A DNA stretch of 64,000 nt. Origin: a virus (taxonomy: Duplodnaviria; Caudoviricetes). The notes under the pieces were generated by a model that saw only the letters and a list, made by a program, of their open reading frames with translations, was not told the DNA's origin and made no database searches. Where the stretch lies: positions 160,001 through 224,000 of IMG/VR virus record IMGVR_UViG_3300032312_001422; one strand, given 5' to 3'. Made by a program: the position numbers and the translations under genes. Of this stretch, positions 16,926 to 26,093 are shown piece by piece; within the stretch, counting starts at the first letter, position 1; every line of letters starts with the position of its first letter.

Positions 16926-18738
16926 AACGTTCTCTTAACCACTGCCAGTCAAAACTGAATTTTAATCGTTCGTAGTCGCCGCCAACTTCTGTGTAATACA
17001 CCACAGCATCTTTTGCTCCACAAATACTCCAATTGGCAAAATCTCCATTGGCAATGGTTAGCCAAACATTAAGTCTATGCTCAGTTTCTACAGTAGGCGC
17101 CGTGGCCATAAAATGTTGTAGTTTGATCACTTCACGAAAAGCAGTTCGCCAAGTCATCCACGGTGACTGATTGTAATGTGCTACACCACTTAGTATAGGA
17201 ACACTCTCGTGTGGTTGACTCAGGGTAAAGTCTATGCCTGGTGTGTTATTCTCCAGTACCAATCGTTTATTATAAGCAATAACACCTTGGTGTCCATACT
17301 CTAATCCGTTTACAGGATTACGAGCATTAAAAATATAATGTTTGGGTTCTTGGAAGTAATCGGGTAACCAGGTATGCCAAGGAAAAGTATTGCCCAAAAC
17401 TTCTAGTTTAGCAAACACAGCAAAGAACCAAGGTGTTGAGCTTTGTCTAGCAGCTTCTTGATAGGCAGCTGTTCGTCCGTTTATGCCACGTACCCATTTT
17501 GCATGATAGTTACTTTGGTAACACAAGTGATCGTACCATTTTTCTTCGTCAGGTTCGCCATTGCTGATATACACTATGTCAAGGCAATCACGGCCTCCTA
17601 GGTAGTCGTTTAACCTCGGTTTCGCGTCCTCAATGTAGGGATAATCGTAGATTTGTGTACGCAAATCCTCCTTGATATCTCGAGGTACTATCGCAGTAGC
17701 ACCTGCGGTACTAATTCGCACTACAGCACGGTCTTTCTTGGTCCATAAGCAAGGGTTATCGTGTAACACCAGATCTTTTTGGTTGGTGAACACAGCGTAC
17801 GGAGTTTCAAACTTGTAGTTTTTGATTTCGGTTACCAAGTCATCGGTTGCGTATTGATGCACTGGCATACCAAAACGTTCTACCTGCTGATCGTCACAAT
17901 AGTTGATAACATTGAACCAATCCAGTAACTCTAACTCAAACATCTGTTGGGTAAAACTGGGAACATGTATATAAAATGTATCTCCACGACGTTGATTGCC
18001 TGTGGGAAAGCAATGTATCATTTCTCGCTGTGCTTCGCTAGGATGCCAGGTAAAGTCAAACTGTGTATAATCACATACGCTACTAATGATCCATACATAT
18101 TCTGTAGTGGCCATGTTCATAATACGCTTGAACACGTTGAGATGGTTGTCCACATATCTTGTTCGCTTGATATCAGGATGATCTAATTTTAACAAATCAA
18201 ATTGATGACGTGCTATGCCGCCATTTAAGAAGTCCATGTAGAATATTTGTGTGGCACCGGCACGTATGCGTTGATCAGTCATGTACTTGACGCCGGCTGT
18301 GCCTGGATATACAGGGCCACCTTCACGTTGCCATTGTGTGGGGAAACGATATTCATAGTCAGGTTCAGTACGATCTGGATGCCAGCTATAATCAAACTTG
18401 CTATCGTCTATGTTGTCTGGCACTTGCCACAGGGCTCGCTCAGGACGACGTCGAACACTTTGTTCTGTGTGAAAGTGCCATTGTTGATTTTGATGAGTGC
18501 GTCGATTGGCCAGATATACTTCGCCGTTACGTTGATGCTGGCTAGGCCACACATGCAAGTGATCAGTTTCCCAAGGTACTGGCACGTATTCAAAGTCGAA
18601 GCCTGTGTAATCATTGCCCCCATAAATATACCAGTAGTGTGTAGTCTTACATTTATTAGCGGCATCTTCCAAAGAAGTCGCAGGTTGTTCAAAAGCAAAC
18701 AAGCCCGGTTTATCGCCAAAGTAAAAAACATCAAACAT
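16903..18738 (-). CDS. 611 aa protein of tandem degenerate GT-A-like domains, homologous to 40332..41231
   Basis: C-terminal domain (DIVYISNGE, ARNPVNGLEYGHQG, TWRTAFRE) aligns by eye with 40332..41231. The FDF/Y-x-W-H/V-P motif recurs in the N-terminal part. Confidence 0.55.
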   Translation of the reverse strand: MFDVFYFGDKPGLFAFEQPATSLEDAANKCKTTHYWYIYGGNDYTGFDFEYVPVPWETDHLHVWPSQHQRNGEVYLANRRTHQNQQWHFHTEQSVRRRPERALWQVPDNIDDSKFDYSWHPDRTEPDYEYRFPTQWQREGGPVYPGTAGVKYMTDQRIRAGATQIFYMDFLNGGIARHQFDLLKLDHPDIKRTRYVDNHLNVFKRIMNMATTEYVWIISSVCDYTQFDFTWHPSEAQREMIHCFPTGNQRRGDTFYIHVPSFTQQMFELELLDWFNVINYCDDQQVERFGMPVHQYATDDLVTEIKNYKFETPYAVFTNQKDLVLHDNPCLWTKKDRAVVRISTAGATAIVPRDIKEDLRTQIYDYPYIEDAKPRLNDYLGGRDCLDIVYISNGEPDEEKWYDHLCYQSNYHAKWVRGINGRTAAYQEAARQSSTPWFFAVFAKLEVLGNTFPWHTWLPDYFQEPKHYIFNARNPVNGLEYGHQGVIAYNKRLVLENNTPGIDFTLSQPHESVPILSGVAHYNQSPWMTWRTAFREVIKLQHFMATAPTVETEHRLNVWLTIANGDFANWSICGAKDAVVYYTEVGGDYERLKFSFDWQWLRERFNLSKPR

Positions 18739-19903
18739 GTATAACTTATCCAGTCATTACGAAAATATATTCCAACACCTACAAACTATTATAACAGATC
18801 CTAGGGTGGTTTACCTACACCCTTTTGGATCAACTCTACCAGAAAATCTAGAATTTCGAAGAAATGACATTGGTGCAGGACAGTTCCGTGGACCAATGTT
18901 TATCTTTTACGATCAAGAGCCCCTGGACCTTGAATACAACCGACCTGTGTTTGAAGCCATTACTGCTCTCGAACAAAAACCGTTTATTCTAGTATCCACT
19001 GAACGTGACAGTGATGAAGCCACTCGTATCTGTGAAGAGTTTCCATTTTTGCACATCAATTATTTCTTTCATATATTTGCTGCACACGATTGGTTCCGTG
19101 GACATCAGATGCTTCCAGGAATACAACTACCGCATGAACGTACATTAGAAAAAACATATATATCGTTTAATCGACTGACCAGTAATCGTCGTATCTATCG
19201 TAGTTTGCTAGTCAACGAGTTGTACAAAAACAATTTACTAGAACACGGCTATGTGAGTTACAGTCACCATTGTCCAGATGATGGAGCATTTGATGACAAC
19301 CTACGCCGAGGAGTTCCTGAATATGAGTTTGACTCTGCATATATCGAAGAAGCTATTGCTAACATAAAACAAATACCAGAGTTGCGTATAGACTTTGCTG
19401 GACAAGACATTCCCAATCAAAGTATGCTGCTGAGTCCTATGACAGAGCTAATGAAGAGCTTTGTATTTTTAGTAACAGAGACTTGCTTCTTTCAAACAAA
19501 AACACACTTGACAGAAAAGATATTTAAACCCATTGTGTTACGTATGCCGTTTGTACTTGCCGGCTGTGCTCATAACTTGGCATATTTGCGTAGCTATGGA
19601 TTTCGTACATTCGGTGATTACTGGGACGAAAGTTACGACACCATAGAAGATCCTGTACTACGCATCAAAGCTATCACACAGGTAATAAAAACCGTTAGCG
19701 AATTAAGTACAGAACAACAAATGACCATGTTGCTAGACATGCAACCTATATTGGAACATAACTATAATTTGTTCAATGATCCTGCGTTTATCAAACGTGA
19801 ATGGGATCATTTAATAAATTCTATCACAGCAATAGATCGTGCGTTTCAGCGTATACCCCCATACCGACTAGACGTTAGGACTGGTTTACCCGTCCCCATT
19901 TAA
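18737..19903 (+). CDS. GT10/GT-B-like putative glycosyltransferase (copy 1 of 5), inverted relative to the cluster
   Basis: FLVTETCFF...LTEKIFKPI...PFVLAG...GFRTFGDYWDESYD resembles the ENS...TEK donor motif of GT10 fucosyltransferases. Confidence 0.55.
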   Translation: MYNLSSHYENIFQHLQTIITDPRVVYLHPFGSTLPENLEFRRNDIGAGQFRGPMFIFYDQEPLDLEYNRPVFEAITALEQKPFILVSTERDSDEATRICEEFPFLHINYFFHIFAAHDWFRGHQMLPGIQLPHERTLEKTYISFNRLTSNRRIYRSLLVNELYKNNLLEHGYVSYSHHCPDDGAFDDNLRRGVPEYEFDSAYIEEAIANIKQIPELRIDFAGQDIPNQSMLLSPMTELMKSFVFLVTETCFFQTKTHLTEKIFKPIVLRMPFVLAGCAHNLAYLRSYGFRTFGDYWDESYDTIEDPVLRIKAITQVIKTVSELSTEQQMTMLLDMQPILEHNYNLFNDPAFIKREWDHLINSITAIDRAFQRIPPYRLDVRTGLPVPI

Positions 19904-20087
19904 TTTGATCCCATACACGCTCATGTATAAAGTATAGAACAGTATTTGTTACCAATTGAATAGTTGCTATACTGCCCGCAATAACAAAATTTCCAGATAT
20001 CAAATAACTGATCCCAAACGTAGCACTACTACCGGTTATGCGCCAGGTAATAGTTTTTATTAAACTCCGTTTGGGTTTATCAATCAC
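19875..20087 (-). CDS. DUF2061-family small membrane protein
   Basis: RSLIKTITWR...LYFIHERVW pattern, adjacent to the CysC-like gene. Confidence 0.8.
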   Translation of the reverse strand: MIDKPKRSLIKTITWRITGSSATFGISYLISGNFVIAGSIATIQLVTNTVLYFIHERVWDQIKWGRVNQS

Positions 20088-20941
20088 TTTAATCCCAGCT
20101 CTTTACGAATCTTTGTGGCACTGATGTCAGTGATTGTTTCATCAAACGTTTCTTCCCCGCTGGTGTATCCTACTCCGCGGCCCCAACCAATGTGTACAAT
20201 GTTAGGAACTACCTGTATTTCATATTGCCCTTGATAGATAGGATCTAAGTCACGTCTAATAAATGCCTTGACTTTTGCCACCTCAAAAGGATTTGATCCT
20301 TGCCAGCCCTGTACATCACGTATCTGAATAACCACTTGCCCTGTACGCTGTATTAGTCGATCAAACAAGGCACGGTGCCCGTCATGCCAAGGTTGCCAAC
20401 GTCCCAACATTTGTACAGTTTCCTTCTTCCAATCAAACGTAGGACGGCGGCGATTGTCAATTATGTGTTGACCAATAAACTCAGCCCATTTGTCTGCATC
20501 TTGTTCTGTAACACGGAAGTCATACACGTCAGGCTCAACAAAGGCCGCATTGGTGTCGGCATAACGACCTTCGCGGATAGTGTCTACCCAGATGGTCCAG
20601 TCAGCTTTGAAGTTGTTACGCATCTCCACCAAGGGTGCAACAAAGTCACAGATCACATAGTCGCCGCCAGCTTCTATGCTGAACTGAAACATGCGTAGGC
20701 TTTGGCGGATACGTCCTTCATTGCTAAAATCCCAGTCGTTGTACTTGCGGCGAATGTCGTCGGCATTAAACCAAGTTACCTTAGCATCAAACCCGGTTAC
20801 TGGAAGTTGTTCGGCAGAATACATACTCATTGTTCCGTGCTGTTCCAAATACTTTTTAAGAGCACCGGCCAAGGTTGTTTTACCCGCACCCGGCAGGCCC
20901 ATGATTAAAATACGTTGTGTCATTTTATTTTCCTTTACCAA
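20084..20941 (-). CDS. Adenylyl-sulfate kinase-like domain fused to a HIGH-superfamily nucleotidyltransferase domain
   Basis: N-terminal GLPGAGKTT, NADDIR, VICDFVAP, AFVEP. C-terminal GRWQPWHDGH and ISATKIR. Confidence 0.8.
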   Translation of the reverse strand: MVKENKMTQRILIMGLPGAGKTTLAGALKKYLEQHGTMSMYSAEQLPVTGFDAKVTWFNADDIRRKYNDWDFSNEGRIRQSLRMFQFSIEAGGDYVICDFVAPLVEMRNNFKADWTIWVDTIREGRYADTNAAFVEPDVYDFRVTEQDADKWAEFIGQHIIDNRRRPTFDWKKETVQMLGRWQPWHDGHRALFDRLIQRTGQVVIQIRDVQGWQGSNPFEVAKVKAFIRRDLDPIYQGQYEIQVVPNIVHIGWGRGVGYTSGEETFDETITDISATKIRKELGLK

Positions 20942-21477
20942 ATATCTGATGGTACTTCGGTGTTTCTAAATCCTTGATACAAACTCATTCTGTAGTTAGT
21001 GACTGGATGTTGCATGCCGTGTGGTATGCGTGTAGGACCTATCAGCATATATCCTGTGTTTGCTCGATAGGGTACGGTGTGCCATGCACCTTCGTCATAG
21101 CAACAGGTTCCCATATTTTCTGCACCGTCGCTGAGATAAACTTGTATATTAACACAATGATTGGGGCTGACATCTCCATCGTGTATGGTATTGATATAGC
21201 CGTTGTCGTCGTACCATAGTTGTGGACCATTTTGATATAACGGTCCAACACGTGGCTCGGCTGTTCTAACATATTTTTTTAATTCTGCATGTATCTGTTG
21301 TGCAAGATATTCATTAACTGATAAACTCAACTGTTGACGTTTTACATCTGTGTTATCATCTGAAATTTGATCCCATGTGGATCTGTCTTGATCAAAACTA
21401 GATGTCAGTCTTTGATAAAGAGCTGGACTAAACACATCAGTAAGTTGATAAAAATTTTCTGTAATTTTTACGAGCAT
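20935..21477 (-). CDS. 2OG-Fe(II) oxygenase-like protein
   Basis: WYDDNGYINTIHDGD, IQVYL, distal PHG, RMSLY. Confidence 0.65.
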   Translation of the reverse strand: MLVKITENFYQLTDVFSPALYQRLTSSFDQDRSTWDQISDDNTDVKRQQLSLSVNEYLAQQIHAELKKYVRTAEPRVGPLYQNGPQLWYDDNGYINTIHDGDVSPNHCVNIQVYLSDGAENMGTCCYDEGAWHTVPYRANTGYMLIGPTRIPHGMQHPVTNYRMSLYQGFRNTEVPSDIW

Positions 21478-22949
21478 ACACGTACTCCGTACAGTTGCTC
21501 AAAGCGATCTGCATCCGCACGATCATTAACCATGGGCTCGCCGCGAATATTTAGACTGGTGTTTAACAACATGGGACAACCGGTCATTACATACCACTTT
21601 TCTAGGAGTTCTCTAATGCCTGAGCCATCAGCTGCAACCGTCTGTACTCGGCTAGTGCCGTCGTGATGCACAATAGCAGGAAAAGCGTCAGGCATGCGGC
21701 AATGTGCGACTGACTGCATATAAGGACTATCACTGAAGCCGCGGGGCATATCAAAAAATAACTCAGCTTGCTCAGCCAGGATAACTGGCGCAAATGGCCT
21801 AAACTTTTGTCTACGTTTGATTTCATTGACACGGTCTTTTATATCTGGTCCACGCGGGTCGGCGAGGAGACTTCGGTTCCCAAGGGCACGAGGTCCAAAT
21901 TCGGCTCGTCCACTAGCAACTCCAACGATTTTATCGCGGAGTAAACAATCCAGGACGGCATTGACGGGATAGTTGCCGCCAATTGTGTGACCAAGGTATG
22001 CGTTGTTGAAGTCAATTCTTTTGCCATAGGCGAGTGCAGCGGCACCAAGACTACTACCAGCATCGCCAGGATTAGGCATGATCCAAATTTTTTCAAAATA
22101 ATCACCAAGATTACGATTAGCTAAACAGTTTAGGGCAACCCCGCCCATGTAAACCAAATTTCTGCTCCAGCCAAAGTCTTTGGCTCGACGCATAACATTA
22201 TATATCAAATTTTCACAAAAAGCCTGGCTAGATGTGGCTATATCGTATTCTAGATGTTTGGCTAAAAATTCCTCATCTACACCCAGGTGCAAATTTTGTA
22301 CAAATTCAATATCCCACTCATTGGACATTAATGCATTTTTAATTTGTGCAGCAACTTTAGGTTCGCCATAGGCTGCCATGCCCATTAATATGTATTCTTC
22401 TTCATTGGGTTTTAATCCCACACGCTGAGTCATTGCTGAGTAAAACAGGCCTATACTGTGTGGATATCTCTGTCCCCATAGTCTATGATATTTTGCTCGA
22501 CCATTATCGTAGTGAGCACCCCATATACTAATTGTGTCCCATTCACCAATAGCATCAATAACAACCACTGTGGCTCGATCAAATGTGCTAGTCTGGAATC
22601 CTGCTGCGGCGTGACTTAAATGATGACTGTGTGTGCTAACAGGAGTGCCAGAAAAGAATCCGCCTAGTTGTTGTTTAAGTACCTGGCGTGTGGTTAACTT
22701 ATCCCACTCTAGACCTTGCCCACTATATAACTGACGTAACTGTTTCTTCCACGGGGTTTCGTAGTAGGCAATGTGATCAATATGACGCCACCCGTTACAG
22801 GACAAGTCAAGAAGCATTTCCTTGTGTAGGTTGGGGTCATTCTTAATCTTGCTGTAGCGTTCTGAGTGCCCGGCATATAAGATTTCACCGTTGTTGATTA
22901 CTGTTGCGGCGGCATCATGGAAGCCAGCCGATATTCCTAATATGTTCAT
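21468..22949 (-). CDS. NodU/CmcH/TobZ-family carbamoyltransferase
   Basis: GFHDAAA, HHLSHAA, VIDAIGE, GGVALNC, GRAEFGPRALGNRSLLADP, RPFAP, NTSLN. Confidence 0.95.
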   Translation of the reverse strand: MNILGISAGFHDAAATVINNGEILYAGHSERYSKIKNDPNLHKEMLLDLSCNGWRHIDHIAYYETPWKKQLRQLYSGQGLEWDKLTTRQVLKQQLGGFFSGTPVSTHSHHLSHAAAGFQTSTFDRATVVVIDAIGEWDTISIWGAHYDNGRAKYHRLWGQRYPHSIGLFYSAMTQRVGLKPNEEEYILMGMAAYGEPKVAAQIKNALMSNEWDIEFVQNLHLGVDEEFLAKHLEYDIATSSQAFCENLIYNVMRRAKDFGWSRNLVYMGGVALNCLANRNLGDYFEKIWIMPNPGDAGSSLGAAALAYGKRIDFNNAYLGHTIGGNYPVNAVLDCLLRDKIVGVASGRAEFGPRALGNRSLLADPRGPDIKDRVNEIKRRQKFRPFAPVILAEQAELFFDMPRGFSDSPYMQSVAHCRMPDAFPAIVHHDGTSRVQTVAADGSGIRELLEKWYVMTGCPMLLNTSLNIRGEPMVNDRADADRFEQLYGVRVCS

Positions 22950-23565
22950 TGATTTTTTCTGCTATTCTTTTGTGTCCCAACTCCAATGGATGTCCTAATG
23001 GTCCTCTTGGGCAATCTCCTTGCCACATATAAATTCCCTCAAACGGCCATCCTGGGTAATGGTTAGTATCGACCCCATCACATAGGTATTGTACACTATT
23101 CCATGCACCGTTGTAAAGCTGTTGATCAATTCCATTTAGGCTAACCATGATGTAAGGTTGATTGATGGATTTTAAATATCCCTGTAATGCCAATATCTGT
23201 GAAACCCATTTTTTATGAGCATGTAAATCATTGTAGTGATATTGGTAGTATGTTTCTAGCCAAGTTAGCCCAAACATCTGAGAGTGTAACTTTCCCACAT
23301 TTACATCCATTGTGCTACGTCGTCGGTCATTCCATATTTCCATTCGACTAGGCTCAGTCCACTGTACAATAACTAGATCAAATTTGTGTTGAACAGTTTC
23401 TTCTACAACCAATCTAAACGTACGATCATTGGATGCACCACCCATGCCTAAATTTTTTACTGAGCGATTGTTTAGTTTTCCAATCAAGTTAGGCCAAGCA
23501 GATTCTGCAGGATTTGGTAATTCTGCACCCTCTGTGAAACTACACCCAACTGCTAATATGTTCAT
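22915..23565 (-). CDS. SGNH-like protein (copy 4)
   Basis: AVGCSFTEG, GMGGASN, GHPLELGH. Confidence 0.65.
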   Translation of the reverse strand: MNILAVGCSFTEGAELPNPAESAWPNLIGKLNNRSVKNLGMGGASNDRTFRLVVEETVQHKFDLVIVQWTEPSRMEIWNDRRRSTMDVNVGKLHSQMFGLTWLETYYQYHYNDLHAHKKWVSQILALQGYLKSINQPYIMVSLNGIDQQLYNGAWNSVQYLCDGVDTNHYPGWPFEGIYMWQGDCPRGPLGHPLELGHKRIAEKINEHIRNIGWLP

Positions 23566-24184
23566 AAATTTTTTCTGCTATGATCGTGTGTCCTTGTTCC
23601 AGTGGATGTCCGCCAGGTCCGTGCGGTGTACCAAATGTCCATTCAGTTGATCCTGAATATGGCCAACCAATGTATGAGTTTATATCTATGCGTTGAACTA
23701 AGTGTTCATGTTGATTTTGTTTTTTTATAAAATCAATATTCCAACTCTCAGCATTACACGCACTAAACATCACGCAAGGAACGGCATTTGCACGACAAAA
23801 CGTTTGTGTTAAAACAATTTGTCTTATCCATTTGGCATAATAATATCCAGGCACATCGTATGCTGTCATGTACTTGATTAGATCACGTCGATGATCTGAG
23901 CAAGTTTGCATTCTGCGATAATCCCTACCTGCCCACAAATCAGTAATACTGATATCATCGGCAAACTCTTGTCTAGCTGGATCTGACCACCCAACAACAA
24001 TCAATGAAGCGCCATCAAATACAGCATCCATTGTACGCTTAACTATGCGGTAGTTTCCAGTTGCTGGTTTACCCCAATTGGTTACAGGTTGTTTTAATTT
24101 TTTACCTAGTAATGTGGGCCAGGCCGTGTCACGGTCAGTTAATTCTTCGCCGTAAGTAAAGCTATCTCCGATACAGTAAATCAT
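23540..24184 (-). CDS. SGNH-like protein (copy 5)
   Basis: CIGDSFTYG, GKPATGN, GHPLEQGH. Confidence 0.65.
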   Translation of the reverse strand: MIYCIGDSFTYGEELTDRDTAWPTLLGKKLKQPVTNWGKPATGNYRIVKRTMDAVFDGASLIVVGWSDPARQEFADDISITDLWAGRDYRRMQTCSDHRRDLIKYMTAYDVPGYYYAKWIRQIVLTQTFCRANAVPCVMFSACNAESWNIDFIKKQNQHEHLVQRIDINSYIGWPYSGSTEWTFGTPHGPGGHPLEQGHTIIAEKIYEHISSWV

Positions 24185-24282
24185 TTATAGATAAATGGAT
24201 CTCTTTTACGCAGTTCTTTTAACTTCTTGCGATAGCGTAACTCTAGCTTAATGCGATTGTAAATGTTTCGTAACCAGTTCAT
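24181..24282 (-). CDS. 33 aa basic small protein (not in ORF track)
   Basis: MNWLRNIYNRIKLELRYRKKLKELRKRDPFIYK*. Its TGA overlaps the ATG of the next gene. Confidence 0.7.
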   Translation of the reverse strand: MNWLRNIYNRIKLELRYRKKLKELRKRDPFIYK

Positions 24283-25030
24283 TGAATTTTCCTTGCATCA
24301 AAACGGATGCGTCTTTGTGTGCTTGTTCCAGTGGATGTGTAGTTCCTATAGGGTATTTATTCTCTACTGCCCACTGATAAAAACCTCTTGGTGTTTTGGT
24401 TTGGTTACTTCCTGTTCCGGCCGGGAACCAAAACCAACGGCTATGATCTATCTGTTTTAACAAACTTGCAATTACTGTGTCTGCCGTATTGATTGTATGG
24501 TTATTGAATATACTGTTGTCTGCACAGGTAAACAAGAATGGTATTTGTTTTAACGTCAAATAGTTTTGTAAGTACGTTATTTCTTTAAGACTGCTGTATA
24601 TTTCCCAGTACTCTGATCCGCCCACATGACGATAAAATGACTCAGCAAAGTCTGCCACACCTGTTTGTTGAGCACGTTTAATGGTCTGCTTTTGTGCTTC
24701 TAATATATCCGCATCTTCTGTAACAAACTCTTCTCGAATGCTATCCAAGTTGGTTTGAATAGTCCATGCATTAATGGCATACCAAGGCGATTTCTTTTGC
24801 CGGGTATCATATGCAAACCTAAATTCATATCTGCCAGGAAATGTCCATGACACTAGGACTCCGGTAACTCCGCCTTGTTCACAACGTTCTATAGTGGTAC
24901 GTGCAATAGCATCGTTGCCAAAGCCAGGCCAGGCCACACACTCGTTGGCACCTAGTAGTGCTGTAAATGTGTTGGCAGGACTTTGTAGTTCACTGCCGTA
25001 AACAAAACTATCTCCGGCTGCTATAATCAT
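24248..25030 (-). CDS. SGNH-like protein (copy 6)
   Basis: AAGDSFVYG, AWPGFGN, THPLEQAH. Confidence 0.65.
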   Translation of the reverse strand: MIIAAGDSFVYGSELQSPANTFTALLGANECVAWPGFGNDAIARTTIERCEQGGVTGVLVSWTFPGRYEFRFAYDTRQKKSPWYAINAWTIQTNLDSIREEFVTEDADILEAQKQTIKRAQQTGVADFAESFYRHVGGSEYWEIYSSLKEITYLQNYLTLKQIPFLFTCADNSIFNNHTINTADTVIASLLKQIDHSRWFWFPAGTGSNQTKTPRGFYQWAVENKYPIGTTHPLEQAHKDASVLMQGKFNELVTKHLQSH

Positions 25031-26093
25031 ATCCAGGCTTCATCATATCTATTTGCTGTTGTTTATAAGTGGCATCAGACCAGCAGTAATCAAATGTTGC
25101 TCGTACTCCATCTACTTCTATTTGGTATATGTCCAAATGACTACTAAGTATATCCCATATGTGTTGATAGTCAGCTGTTCCAAAACTCTTTGTTAACTCC
25201 ACTTGTCCAATGGGCAAGTATCCTAGACTCAATTGAGGGTCTGCAGGGTCACGGTTGTTGGCTATTAACCATTTACGAAACTCTATTTGTTCCTTGGTAT
25301 GCCATGGATTACTATCGCCTAGCAAAGTTACATCGTTGCCCCACTCTACGTCGAACTCACCCGAATAGTATTTTAATTCTGTAATAGATTCGCATACTGT
25401 TTCCGTAAGCTCTGGTGCATGTTCATCACGGAATACTTCAAACAATGTTTTGCCTATCTGTGTCCAATGCATATACACTCCGCCTAGCACACGATCATAT
25501 CCGTTGATGGCAAACCCTGTGCGATGTTCTCCTTTGAGATCATACCGCTGTGCCTGTAGGAATGTGGTAATCTGGCTTGGGCGTACCCAATAAGGTGCTG
25601 TTGATTCTTTGCGTTGACTTAGAATTAAGTTTTCCATCTCGTGACAGATATTGTTTAATTGTCGTATAGCATACTTTGTTTCGTAGTTGGCACGTCGATA
25701 ATAATCACTTAGTCCCCAGACAGTTCCTTGCAAGCGTTCAAAGTGATTGTGTAATTGATTCATTACTGCATGATTAACACCATTATCTGCGTAATCAAAT
25801 CCACGTACAGAGTCTGGCGTAAATGTTTCGGGTATAATATATTCGCAACTACTACTGTTGATTATATCAACTGCTTGATTAAGTTCGTCGCAAAGATATT
25901 CCAATGTGCGGGCTGTGCGAGGGAAGCCCATAAAACAAAAATTCTTTTCTAGCAAGCGACCACTTTGTAATTCTAGCTTTAATGCAGATATCCAATCCTT
26001 TGCCAATTGATTATCTGCAGCCGTGATTGTGTAATCAACTTGATTGTTGTAGTTTAAGGGATTACGTAGGATTACTTTAATTGATTGAGTCAT
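25008..26093 (-). CDS. Hypothetical protein embedded in the modification cluster
   Basis: 361 aa, overlaps both neighbours, NQLHNHFE and NICHEME His motifs. No family recognised. Confidence 0.8.
   Translation of the reverse strand: MTQSIKVILRNPLNYNNQVDYTITAADNQLAKDWISALKLELQSGRLLEKNFCFMGFPRTARTLEYLCDELNQAVDIINSSSCEYIIPETFTPDSVRGFDYADNGVNHAVMNQLHNHFERLQGTVWGLSDYYRRANYETKYAIRQLNNICHEMENLILSQRKESTAPYWVRPSQITTFLQAQRYDLKGEHRTGFAINGYDRVLGGVYMHWTQIGKTLFEVFRDEHAPELTETVCESITELKYYSGEFDVEWGNDVTLLGDSNPWHTKEQIEFRKWLIANNRDPADPQLSLGYLPIGQVELTKSFGTADYQHIWDILSSHLDIYQIEVDGVRATFDYCWSDATYKQQQIDMMKPGYDYSSRR

Noticed and set aside
18700-19930. Recombinase-mediated invertible segment around the plus-strand GT10-like gene
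   Set aside because: Only a 6 bp inverted match (ATCAAA/TTTGAT) was found at the ends and there is no invertase in the window.
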